Positions 47,488 through 59,519 of a stretch of DNA of 64,000 nucleotides are shown piece by piece; within the stretch, counting starts at the first letter, position 1; each line of letters begins with the position of its first letter. Below the pieces are notes generated by a model that was given only the letters and a program-made list of their open reading frames with translations, did no database searches and was not told the origin of the DNA. The translations under genes and the position numbers were made by a program. Origin of the DNA: Squalus acanthias (Eukaryota). The stretch spans positions 66,590,001 through 66,654,000 of the forward strand of contig CM059432.1 of assembly GCA_030390025.1 (NCBI GenBank), written 5' to 3'.

Positions 47488-49922
47488 AGAACATAAGAAC
47501 ATAAGAAATAGGAGCAGGAGTAGGCCATTCGGCCCCTCGAGCCTGCTCCGCCATTCGATAAGATCATGGTTGATCTGATCTTGGCCTCAGCTCCACTTTC
47601 CTGCCTGCTCCCCATAATCCTTAACTCTCCTATAGTTCAAAAATCTGCCTATCTCCACCTTAAATATATTCAATGACCCAGCCTCCACAGCTCTCTGGGG
47701 TAGAGAATTCCAAAGATTTGTTTTAAATGGGCGACCCCTTATTCTGAAAATATGCCCCCTAGTTCTAGATTCTCCCACGAGGGGAAACATCCTCTCTGCA
47801 TCTACCCTGTCAAGCCCCCTCAGAATCTTATATGTTTCAATAAGATCACATCTCATTCTTCTAAACTCCAATGAGTATAGGACAACCTGCTCAACCTTTC
47901 TTCATAAGACAACCCCCTCATTTCAGGAATCAACCTAGTGAACCTTCTCTGAACTGCCTCCAATGCAAGTATATTCCTCCTTAAATAAGGAGACCAAAAC
48001 TGCATGCAATACTCCAGGTGTAGTCTCACCAATGCCCTGTACAGTTGTAGCAAGACTTCCCTACTTTTATACTCCATCCCTCTTGCAATAAAGGCCAACA
48101 TTCCATTTGCGTTCCTAATTACAGGAAACTCTTTATTAACCGGCACCCAAATATCCGGAAATCCCTCTTAACCGGCAAAATTCTTGAGTAGGTAACCGGG
48201 GTTTTCCTTCATCTCTCCTTTAAAATTAACTTAAAAAAGAACCCCGAGGCGTTTGCCTTGTATCGGAGCATGTAGATTGGGAGGGGAATGTGCAACCTGG
48301 GTAGGCAGCGGACACGACAGATGGTCAGCTGGCGGTCCCCGGAGAGACGGAGCTCTGAATGCAGGCGCATGTCAGTGTCTGTGAGGAGGAGTGTGGCAGG
48401 GGTGATTTCCGTCGGTTCGGAGGGAGGATGAGTTGGCTGTGAAAGTGGGAACTGGAACTGGTTGCAGTCTTTGGCAGCACGGAGGTATTCGTCAGTTCTT
48501 CTCTGGCAGTAGTTTTTTGTGATCGATGATTAACAGGGAGGGATAAACAGGGGCTCTCGTACGTTGGGAGATATAACTCTCCGTTATCCGGACTTTTGGA
48601 TTAACCGGCACCACGCCGGTCCCATCGGTGCCGGTTAATAAAGAGTTTCCTGTACTTGCTGTACCTGCATGCTAACTTCTTGTGTTTCATGTACAAGGAC
48701 CCCCAGATCCTTCTGTACCACAGCATTTTGTAGTCTCTCTCCATTTAAATAACAATTTGCTTTTTTATTCTTCCTATCAAAGTGGATAACCTCACATTTT
48801 CCCACATTATATTCCATCTGCCAAATTTTTGCCCACTCACTTAACTTATCTATATACCTTTGCAGATTCTTTTTGTCCTCTTCATGACTTGCTTTCCCAC
48901 CTATCTTTGTATCATCAGCAAATGTGGCTACATTACACTCGGTCCCTTCATCCAAGTCATTAATATAGGTTGTAAATAGTTGAGGCCCCAGCACTGATCC
49001 CTGTAGCACCCCAGTAGTTACAGTTTGCCATCCTGAAAATTGCCTATTTATCCCAACTCTCTGTTTTCTGTCAGTTAGCCAATCCTCTATCCATGCTAAT
49101 ATATTACCCCCAGCCCTGTGAGCTCTTATCTTGTGCAGTAACCTTTTATGTGGCATCTTATCGAATGCCTTCTGGAAATTCAAATACACGACATCTACTG
49201 GTTCCCCTTTATCCACCCTGCTCGTTACATCCTCAAAGAGCTCTAGCAAATTTGTCAAACATGATTTCCCTTTCATATAACCATGCTGACTCTGCTTGAC
49301 TGTATTATGATTTTCTAAATGTCCTGCTATTACTTCCTTATTAGTGGACTCCAGCATTTTCCCAATGACGGATGTTAGGCTAACTGGTCTATAGTTTCCT
49401 GCTTTCTGTCTCCCTCCTATCTTGAATAGGGGCATTACATTTGCAGTTTTCCAATCCGCTGGGACCTCTCCAGAATCTAGGGAATTTTGGTAGATTGCAA
49501 CCAATGCATACACTATCTCTGCAGCCACTTCTTTTAAGACCCTAGGATGCAGGCCATCAGGTCCAGGGGACTTGTCCACCTTTAGTTCCATTAGTTTGCC
49601 TAGTACTTTTTCTCTAGTGATAGTGAATGTTTTAAGTTCCTCCCTCCCTATAGCCCCTTGATTATCTATTATTATTGGACTGCTTTTACTGTCTTCTAAC
49701 GTGAAGACCGATGCAAAATATTTGTTCAAAGTCTCTGCCATTTCCCTGTTTCCCATTATTAATTCCCCAGACTCATCCTCTAAGGGACTAACATTTACTT
49801 TAGCTACTCTCTTCCTTTTTATATATCTGTAGAAGCTCTTACTGTCTGTTTTTATATTTCTTGCTAGTTTACTTTAATAACCTATCTTCTCCCTCTTTAT
49901 TATTTTTTTAGTCATCCTTTGC
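47488..49922 (-). mobile_element. 5'-truncated CR1 LINE interrupted by a MITE
   Basis: 373-aa RT frame 48635-49756 continues at 48120 (QQV|IRNANG); (CATAAGAA)n tail. Confidence 0.95.
48122..48652. mobile_element. Tc1/mariner-superfamily (Tigger/pogo-like) MITE, 531 bp
   Basis: Perfect 26-bp TIR CAGGAAACTCTTTATTAACCGGCACC; TA TSD at 48120-48121 and 48653-48654. Confidence 0.95.
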
Positions 49923-51759
49923 AGATCCCTCCCTCCCTCCTCTCCGTTCCCTGGCTGCGGCCTTGTGCCAAAGACATACCAGCACCGCCAGCCAGTCAGC
50001 CTTTCAATCTGGCTGGCTACAGCCAGGAAACGGATTCAAAAACATGTTAATCAGGTTCTGCCATAAAATTCAGCGGGGAATGCAAAGCAGCTGCCCCACT
50101 CCCTCCCCCACTCCCGTAAATATTGGGGCCTTTGTTTATTATACATAACTGCACTTAAAATTAATTCATTATATATGAAGTGCTTCGAAGCATGGCTGAC
50201 AAACAGGTTGTTACCAAAAAATCCAATCTTTCTTTTTATCACAATTCCCAGTAAGTTCAAGCCAACACCACTGAATATGATGATTCAATTTTGACATATT
50301 GACTCAATCCAAGTTTTCAATGGTTTTATACTCTTGACAGAACATTTCAATAATTATTTTAGGCTTATGCTTTTATATCTTGGCAACAGATTTTAATTAT
50401 TAACTTGCCAAGAATAGTTCAGATTCTATCCCACATGCAATATTTTCAACAGTCACTCTGGGGATAAAACAATATTTTTCCATAAACTTCCCAAGGATTA
50501 GGAGTCTCAACATGGCCAAGTTTTAGTCCAAGATTTGTTATCTCTGTAGCTAGTTGCCAATTCACAGATTTAATTTCAAACAGATTGTCGTACAAACATA
50601 AAAACATAAGAACATAAGAAATAGGAGCAGGAGTAGGCCATTTGGCCCCTCGAGCCTGCTCCGCCATTCAATAAGATCATGGCTGATCTGGTCTTGGCCT
50701 CAACTCCACTTTCCCGTCTGCTTCCCATAACCCTTGACTCCCCTGTAGCTCAAATATCTGTCTATCTCCGCCTTGAATATATTCAATGACTCCGCCTCCA
50801 CAGCTCTCTGGGGTAGAGAATTCCAAAGATTCACGACCCTCTGAGAGTAGAAATTCCTCCTCATCTCCGTTTTAAATGGGCGACCCCTTATTCTGAAACT
50901 ATGCCCCCTAGTTCTAGATTCCCCCATGAGGGGAAAAATCCTCCCTGCATCTATTCTGTCACGCCCCCTCAGAATCTTATATATTTCAATAAGATCACCT
51001 CTCATTCTTCTAAACTCCAATGAGTATAGGCCCAACCTGCTCAACCTTTCTTCATAAGACAACCCTTTCATCTCAGGAATCAACCTAGTGAACATTCTCT
51101 GAACTGCCTCCAATGCAAGTATATCCCTCCTTAAATAAGGAGACCAAAATTGCACGCAGTACTCCAGGTGTGGTCTCACCAGCGCCCTGTACAGTTGTAG
51201 CAAGACTTCCCTACTATTATACTCCATCCCCCTTGCAATAAGGACCAACATTCCATTTGCCTTCCTAATTACTTGCTGTACCTGCATGCTAACTTTTTGT
51301 GTTTCATGTACGAGGACCCCCAGATCCCTCTGTACCTCAGCATTTTGTAGTCTCTCACCATTTAAATAATAATTTGCTTTTTTATTCTTCCCACCAAATG
51401 GATAACCTCACAGTTTCCCACATTATACTCCATCTGCCAAATTTTTGCCCACTCACTTAACCTATCTATATCCCTTTGCAGACTCTTTGGCGGCGATTTT
51501 ACAATCGGCGGCGGGTTGGAGTCGGGTGGCTGGTCGGCGGGTTCCGGTCCTGCTGCCGGTTTCAGCCGCTCTGAATTAACAATTTTCCCTTAACTGGGTT
51601 TATTAAGCCCGTCGTGCGCGTTAGCTGACCCAATCAGTGGGTTCGCGTCTGCTGCTTGCGTCTGCTGACGTCTTCCATTCAGCTTCATTTAAGGGGCCAA
51701 TGCAGCCTTGTGGTTTTTCAATCATATTCTGATGCTTCTTTGTGTGGCAGATAGCGAGA

Positions 51760-54202
51760 TAACTGCTTCAAGAGCAAAGGCCTCTCCAAGATTCGATGAT
51801 GACTCCCTCCATGCTCTTGTGGAGGGAGTGAGGGGCACAAATGGACGGAGGAAGCCTCCTCAGCAAACCAAGGCAGCCTGGCTGCAAATTGATGAGGAGG
51901 TTAGTGCCAGGTCTTTGTGTTCACGCACCTGGGTCCAGTGCAGAAAAAGATTCAATGATCTGCTACGCTCAGCAAAAGTGAGTATAACATCACACTTACC
52001 TTCAATCTGCTCCCCATCTCCTCTTCTCACCAGCACTCTACATTGTCAACCTACTCCTGCACATCCCACTTTACCCTTACATCCCTTGCACCCTTAACCA
52101 TTCCCTTTCTCTCTATGTATAGAATCACTCCACCATTCTACAATAAACCCCTCACACTCGCTATCACTGTTTGCAATGGCTACAACTAACAACGCACAGG
52201 GAGGGCCCTTGGTATTGGTACCTCACGCCATCTTTGTCTCCCTCTAAGCATCTATGCTATGGATTCTCTACACTCACTCCAACATTCTCGCTCAAATCCC
52301 ACTTGTGTCCTTCATTGCAGGAAAAGAGAGCCCCCAAAGCCTTTCTACCATCTACAAGGCACAAGTAAGGAGTGTGATGGAATACTCTCCACTTGCCTGG
52401 ATGAGTGCAGCTCCAACAACACTAAAGAAGCTCGACACCATCCAAGAAAAAGCAGCCCACTTGATTGGCACCCCATCCACCACCTTAAACATTCACTCCC
52501 TCCACCACCGGCGTACCGTGGCTGCAGTGTGTACCATCTACAAGATGCACTGCAGCAACTCGCCAAGGCTTCTTCGGCAGCACCTCCCTAACCCACGACC
52601 TCTTCCACCTAGAAGGACAAGGGCAGCAGGTGCATGGGAACACCACCACCTCCAACTTTCCCTCCAGGTCACACACCATCCTGACTTAGAAGTATATCGG
52701 CGATCCTTCATCGTTGCTGGGTCAAAATCTTATTACTCCCTACCTAACAGCACTGTGGGAGTACCTTCACCACACGGACTGCAGCGGTTCAAGAAGGCGG
52801 CTCACCACCACCTTCTCAAGGGCAATTAGGGATGGGCAATAAATGCTGGCTTTTGCAGCGACGCCCACATCCCATAAACAAATTTTAAAAAAGAGGGAGA
52901 AGGGGAGGACAGGAGGAGGACCACCTTCCATGGTGCATTTGACCACCGCTGAGGTGATGCTATCGACATCATCAGAGGTGCTGAGGAGCTGGAAGTGGGG
53001 GACAGAGAAACAGGCGCAGTAGAGCAAGCTGGTGACAGAATAGATTTGCAACCCTCCCATTTAGATTGCATGAGTGACTGATATGGCATCTGATGTTCAT
53101 ACAGATTGAGTTCTGATCATCTGTACAATTCGATGTGCCTGCTACGCTAATATCAAATGTCTAACTCATGCCTTTACTCCCCCACAGGACCATCGAGAGA
53201 CCCCTCCCCACTGCCCAGGAGGAAGAGCCGGAAGACTCCTCAGAGGAAGCTGCAACCTCTGAGGGTGCAGTATCAACAGAATCGAGCACACCCAGCACCA
53301 GCGCAGAGACGCACACCTCGGTGGGTCATTCGCGAGATAGATTAGCACTGTCACCTGGTGTATCACAGCTCACAAGTGAGCATCAGCAGATGGTGGAGAC
53401 AGGGACAGCAGTGGAGAGTCCTCGTCGGAGGCCGCAGGGCGCTCCCAGCTCTGCTCAGCTGCATGTGGACTCTGTGCCTCTGGGGCCATCCAGAAAGAGA
53501 GCGGTGCTGGAACTTCAGGAACAAGTGCAGGAGTCTCTGACTGGGTTTGCAACCACTGTAACTGCAAGTGTGCAGAGAATGGAGGAGTCCATCACAAACA
53601 TGAGCAATGCCGTGGTGCACACAATAGTGAATGTAGGTGCCACCATGAAAAGAATGACAACCTCCATGGAGAACATAAATCGCCAGATGCAAATGAACAT
53701 GGCGACTCTTCTAAATAGATGGTCTGCTATGGAGGATAGATGGGCATCTATTGAGGAGAGGAACCAGAGGTACATGGACGTCCCTGTTATGAGGACTGTC
53801 AGTACAGAGACGGGTCCTCATGGCCCCACTGATGTGCAGCAAGGTGCTCTCCAGCTACTTACTAGCAGTGAAGTGCGGGTGACCCATGAGAGGGATGTTG
53901 GTGGTCGACAACAAGGAAGTGTGGGCTCCTTTCTGAGCGCTCACGCTCCTATACCACTGCGGAGCCCTCAGTCAGAGCCCCAGATTCTTCACCTAACTTA
54001 GATGGCCATCTCAGCCCCTGCACAGCCGCAGGAGGAGCAGACTGTTGCCGAGCCCTCCCAGGCTCCCAAACCCAGAGGACGCCCACCAAAGGCATCAAAG
54101 CAGACGCAGCATGGAAGTGAGCAAGCTGCCTCAACATCTGCTGAAGCCACCGGGGAAGCACCACGTAGAAGCACGTGTAAGAGAAAGTTAACACACAAAT
54201 AG
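51760..54202 (+). pseudogene. Harbinger Myb/SANT gene, three exons (to 51977; 52321-53031 with a LINE insertion; 53188 onward)
   Basis: RAKASPRFDDDSLHALVEGV...RTWVQCRKRFNDLLRSAK|EKRA; donors GTGAGT and GTGACA, acceptors TTGCAG and CCACAG. Confidence 0.85.
52331..52890 (+). mobile_element. LINE 3' fragment (RTEX-like, clade uncertain) inserted in Myb exon 2
   Basis: TIYKAQVRSVMEYSPLAW...LDTIQEKAAHLI...SLHHRR...SLP...LQRFKKAAHHHL; AATAAA and an A-rich end. Confidence 0.8.
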
Positions 54203-54487
54203 TCACAAGGGTAGTCACTTGGGTGTTTTGATCCAATACAAAGTGAAGATTCTCATCGTTATTTCAATTGTAATAAAGAAATACGATGGCAAAAATTCAA
54301 AGAGTTGGCCTATGTGTGCTCAGAAATGGAAGTGTTACAGTGAGGGGTCAGGGTACCTTTCATCTGCTATGATGGTGGTGAGAGTGATAGGAATCCACAG
54401 TTTATTGTACTGTGCTGTAGGTTGTCTTAAGAAGGTCAGCCAGACACTCATTTCCATGTGCCAGCCACATGTGTTTGCTGCGTAAAC

Positions 54488-56588
54488 TTACACAAATCTG
54501 GTATGGATTAGTGCATCCCTTGCCTCATGGCCAGCAATGTGCTCGTGTGCTGCTGGAACTGGCATATCTACCTCCGCAAGGTCCTCCTTCTCCTCTGAAG
54601 AGGAGGAGGAGGAGGAGGAGGCTGTGCGCTGAGCCACTTGTTCCTCAGGCAGCAGTAAGCCATGCTGCTGTGCGATATTGTGCAGTGCACAGCAGACCAC
54701 GATGATTCTGGAGACCCTGGCTGGTGAGTACTGTAGGGCTCCATCAGATCTGTCGAGGCATCTGAATCGCATTTTGAGCAAGCCAATGGTTTGCTCAATG
54801 ATTCTTCTGGCGGAAATGTGGCTCACATTGTAGCGCTCCTCAGCTTCATTTGATGCCCTCCTCATCGGTGTCATGAGCCACTTTTTCAGGGGATAGTCCG
54901 AGGGGAAAAAATTCAGTATCGCCCCGTTTGGGGCGCAATTATCGGCCGGGCGCAAAGATTAGTGCCTGGCGCTAATTATCGCCTCCGACTGCAAACTTGA
55001 CTTTTATCGCCCCTGGAGGTGATTGGAGCGCTACATCTGTCTTAAGGCGCAAAGTCCAAGGAGCGAGGCGCTAACTCAGAGCACTGGCGAAGCTCATGTG
55101 ATGTCAGTCAGCAATGGAACACAGACACAATGGCCCCGGCCAGTTCTTAATGGGGAGGGTTGCTCTTGCTTTCCATCCACATCCTGCTCATTGCAGACTT
55201 GAATCTCGGCCTGGAGAGACCTGTACATCAAATCTGCTGGAAAGAACAATGGAGAGGCCCAGGGAAAGAGTTCAGAGTGCAGCCCCCACAATCTCTTCTA
55301 AATCGATACAAGGAAGGGAAAATCAAAATGAACCTGCAAAGTGCTGCTCAGTACCCAAAACTCCTTCACACAGCGTTGAATCTCTCCAGAAGTCTCTCTC
55401 TCTCTCTCAGAATGCGTGGTTCAAAAATGTCGCCAACAAAAAAAGGCAGGAAGCCGTCACCTTTAAATAGCGCTCCCCCAGTCCCTTCCTGACTGCAAAA
55501 CGCTCCCCTCAACCTGTTGTTGCTAGCGGCAGGTGGTAAGGCAGGAGGCGCCACTCAATATCCACTCCGGGGCGCTACCGGGGCATTGCGCACTCGACTG
55601 ACGTCACGATCTGCCGGCGCAGGAGATCGTGGCGGTACTGTTTAGCGCCGCCGCAAAATGTCTAGTTAATTTCGTGAGCGGCGCAAACATCGCTGCGCCT
55701 GGGCGCTAGTTGCTTTGCGCCCCATTAGCGCCATCTTAAGGCGCTAACGGGAGGCGCAACAAACTTTCCCCCCTTGTCTCCAAGTAGCCATCTGGAAAGT
55801 TGAGTTAGTGGATTGAACTGCTGAGGCACAGTAGACTGCCTCAGGATGAACGAGTCATGGCAACTGCCAGGGAACTTGGCGCAAACCTGCATAATGTTCT
55901 TCCTATAGTTACACACCAGCTGGACGTTAAGGGAGTTGAAGCCCTTGTGGTTGACAAATACAGCTGGGTTGTGATGGAGTGCCCTAATGGCCACATGTGT
56001 GCAGTCTATGACGCCTTGCACCCTTGGGAAGCTGCCATATTTGCAAAGCCAACCCCATGTGCTGTTAAACTTGCTTCATCCATGGAGAAGTGGATGTAAT
56101 TGTGCGACTTTGCAAAGACGGCATCGGTAACCTTCGTGATGCAAGTGTGTGCGGCCGACTGAGAGATGCCGCTGATGTCTACTGCTGATCCCTGGAAGGA
56201 CCCTGAAGCAAAGAAGTTGAGTGCGGTCGTGACTTTTGACAGCCATTGCTAAGGAGTGTCCACCTGCTCCTCTGGGCTCCAGGTGTTGGTGCAGCATTGT
56301 GCAGATGTCAGCGACTACCTCTCTCGAAAGTCTCAGCCTCCTTTGGCACTGCTGCTCACTCATGTTGAGGAAGCTCCTCCTCGGCCTGTAAACCCTGTGT
56401 TGGGTGTACTTCCTGCAGCGCGGTGCAGCCCTGCGCTGACACCCTCTGCCCTGTGCAGCATCAGGTGGCTGAGGACAAGGTTGGTGCACCTGTTGTTGCT
56501 GGTGCTGTTGTGCCTGGTTCTGCTGCTGCCGCGGCTGCTCTTCCTCCGATTCTGAGGACCAGGATGAGATGGTATAAATGGTTTCCAT
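54488..56588 (-). pseudogene. Harbinger DDE transposase, frameshifted and split by a nested element
   Basis: [74 protein letters not shown]. Confidence 0.93.
54902..55773. mobile_element. Non-autonomous Harbinger-like element (about 870 bp) nested in the transposase gene
   Basis: Ends GGGGAAAAAATT and AAACTTTCCCCCC; CpG-rich subtermini with many GGCGC(T/A)A motifs; right end resembles 23900-23969. Confidence 0.8.
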
Positions 56589-58011
56589 TCTGCTGTTATA
56601 TATATCTCAGTTGACAAATAGATGTTATAAGCACTCAGTCAATGTGGGGAGAGGGTTTTCCAAGGAGGTCACAGTGCATATGGATCCCAGCTTAAACACT
56701 TACAACCTCAATACACCTGAAAAATGTGTTCCAAAATCTCAAAACACAAAGTTCTGACATCTGAAAGTCAGCCATGTTACAGATCCACTTTTACGCTGCA
56801 GGAGCAGGTGTCAAGAATTCAGCTAGTTGCTGAACCCGGCACAATCAGCTGGCGTGTTTGTCACACGACGTGCAACATGCAGAAAATGTAGTAAAATGGG
56901 AAGAGCCTGTTAAAATGGGATTATGCAGGCAGTTAACAAGCTGTTACCTGCCTTAAGTGCCTCTCCCGCCGTTTGGTGTCGGGTCTGATCGGGACTCCCA
57001 GACCCGACACTTTGCGAAGTTGTGTGGAGGCGGGATGGTGGCAGGTTCACAACCCGTCATCAATCATTTAGATTTTCTCTCCTGAACCGCCGGCAAAATC
57101 ACGGCCCTTTGTGTCCTCCTCATAACTTGCTTTCCCACCTATCTTTGTATCATCAGCAAATTTGGCTACATTATCCATGTCATTAATATAGATTGTAAAT
57201 AGTTGAGGCCCCAGCACTGATCCCTGTGGCACCCCACTCATTGCAGTTTGCCAACCTGAAAATGACCCATTTATCCCGACTCTCTGTTTTCTGTTAGCTA
57301 ACCAATCCTCTAGCCATGCTAATGTATTAACGCCAACCCTGTGAGCTCTTATCTTGTGCAGTAACCTTTTATGTGGCACCTTATCGAATGCCTTCTGGAA
57401 ATCCAAATACACTACATCTACTGGTTCCCCTTTATCCACCCTACTCGTTACACCTCAAATGCACCTTATAGTATTCAGCTTCTAAAATGTTCACTGATCA
57501 GTTTATTTTTTCTCAGTAATTGGGCCAGAGGTGTCAAGTGTTTTCAAAAATTTGGGAAAAAGTTATGCCAGGGAATTATAGGCCAATGAGCATGACCTCA
57601 GATGTGGCTAAACTTCCAAGAGTAAATTTTTTGGATTTATCGTCCCAACACAAAACTTCAAGTCCTGGAAGTGTATTTCTGGAATTTGGCATCAGCTGAT
57701 TCCACAGTATTTCATATCTATTAATTTTATTTAATCGTAATGTGAAGCAGAGGAAGCGATGACAGAGCTCATCTGAAATGTCCAGGAGAATAGTCTGGGC
57801 AAGTAAATGTGAGGGATTGGGTTGGGACAGCTGCATATATAATTGCATATCTTTTTTGTCCCCTCAAGAACTACTCACCCTTTTCGAAATCAAGGCAGGC
57901 CATTCTAAACCTTAAAGGAATTCTGATTGTGCTCACAATAGTTGTTGCAAGTGAAATAGCAGCTGGCATCAAGGCAATTGTAAGAAACAGAATTGGAAAT
58001 AGAAGTCTTAC

Positions 58012-58028
58012 CATGCAGAAAATCAAAC
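58012..58028 (-). other. Candidate 17-nt micro-exon of an unidentified host gene
   Basis: Minus strand ...ATTAATTTTTGCTGCTGTTTAG|GTTTGATTTTCTGCATG|GTAAGA in apparently non-repetitive DNA. Confidence 0.45.
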
Positions 58029-58619
58029 CTAAACAGCAGCAAAAATTAATACACCCATGAAAGTGCGAGAGACAGGAATAGAATCAGAAAAAAAACTTTT
58101 CAGCTAACAATTAAAAAGTGATATTTACCTTTAATAAGTCTACTTTCCACAACCCAAGCCTTCCACACTCTGCTATGCTGGTTCAAATGGTTGAGTAGGA
58201 CAGCTGGTGAGAAAATGAAAAAGCAGATGCTAAATCCAGCATGGCATGTTTTTGCATACATTTTTCAGTTTTACTGAGGCTTGTGCAGGTCATCAGCACA
58301 ATTGAAAATCCCAGCAATTTTCGGGTTGTAAAATGCAGTATACTGCAAACTGGAAATGTGCCAGATTTCACAGATGATGTTTATCCTCAGTGAGACTCCA
58401 TGCTGCTTCTAAATGAAGATTTTAGGGCCTGAAATTTGTGGGGGCCACTCTGCCAGAGGAAGAGTAGCAGAGCTGAACCGGTTTATTGTTGTAGTAGGCC
58501 TTACACCCTGTCTCAAATTGCAGGGATGGGGCCATTTGTTGGCAAGGTGCTTCAGCAGTGCCCTCCCCAACCTGGTCTTGTAAAAGGGAGTAACACACAG
58601 CCAGCTCACCTGAGGGGCT

Positions 58620-59312
58620 CCAAGGCCCCTGGCCTACATCCTAGGGTTCTAAAAGAGGTGGCTGCAGAGATAGTGGATGCATTGTCTGTGACTGTCCAAA
58701 ATTCCCCAGATTCTAGAGCAGTCCCAGCAGATTGGAAGGTAGCAAATGTAACACCGCTATTCAAGAAAGAAGGAAGAGAGAATACAAGGAACTACAGGCC
58801 AGTTAGCCTGACATCAGTCGTCGGAAAAATGCTGGAATCCATTATTAAGGAAGTGGTAACGGGGCACTTAGAAAATCATAATATGTTTAGGCAGAGTCAA
58901 CAGGGTTTTATGAAAAGGAAATTGTGTTTGACAAATTTAATAGAGTTTTTCGAGGATGTAACTAGCAGGGTAGATAAAGGGAACCCAGTGGATGTAGTAT
59001 ATTTGGATTTCCAAAAGGCATCCGATAAAGTGCCACATAAAAGGTTGCTACGCAAGATAAGGGCTCATGGGGTTGGGGGTAATATATTAGCATGGATAGA
59101 GGATTGGTTAATGGGTAGAAAACAGAGAATAGGGGTAAATGTCATTTTCCGGTTGGCAGTCTGTAACTAGTGGGGTGCCACAAGGATCAGTGCTTGGGCC
59201 TCAGCTATTTACAAACTATATTACTGACTTAGATGAAGGGACTGGGTGTAATGTATCCAAGTTTGCTGACGATGCAAAGCGAGGTGGGAAAGTAAGCTGT
59301 GAGGAGGACACC
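58620..59312 (+). mobile_element. CR1 ORF2 internal fragment
   Basis: [37 protein letters not shown]. Confidence 0.9.
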
Positions 59313-59519
59313 AATTTGGCTTTAACAATTTTTATCCCATCCAGTATCTCAACTACTTCCTCTTTCACGATGACTTTGGCAGCATCTTCTTCCTTGGTAA
59401 AGACAGATGCAAAGTACATACGAATTAAGAGCAGGAGTAGGCCACTCGGCCCTTCGAGCCTGCTCCGCCATTCAATAAGATCATGGCTGATCTGATTACT
59501 CCACATTCCTGCCTACCCC

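Larger units (their letters stand above)
46890..50130. mobile_element. Probable non-autonomous DNA element with a C-rich CCGATC/CTGATC repeat core, interrupted by CR1; left end uncertain
   Basis: C-rich GATC-motif array at 47050-47485 resumes at 49922; ends AATATTGGGGCC, resembling Harbinger termini. Confidence 0.45.
51489..57107. mobile_element. Autonomous-type PIF/Harbinger transposon, the best-preserved copy
   Basis: TIRs GGCGGCGATTTT and AAAATCACGGCCC; TTT TSD at 51486-51488 and 57108-57110; convergent Myb and transposase genes. Confidence 0.92.
50595..57455 (-). mobile_element. CR1 LINE split by a Harbinger into 50595-51488 and 57108-57455
   Basis: GACTCTTT|GTGTCCTC rejoins the frame EEDTK|SLQRD; CR1 tail at 50595. 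Confidence 0.92.

Noticed and set aside
54488..56588. Host HARBI1 gene
   Set aside because: It is multi-copy, frameshifted, interrupted and lies between TIRs with a TSD, so these are transposon copies.
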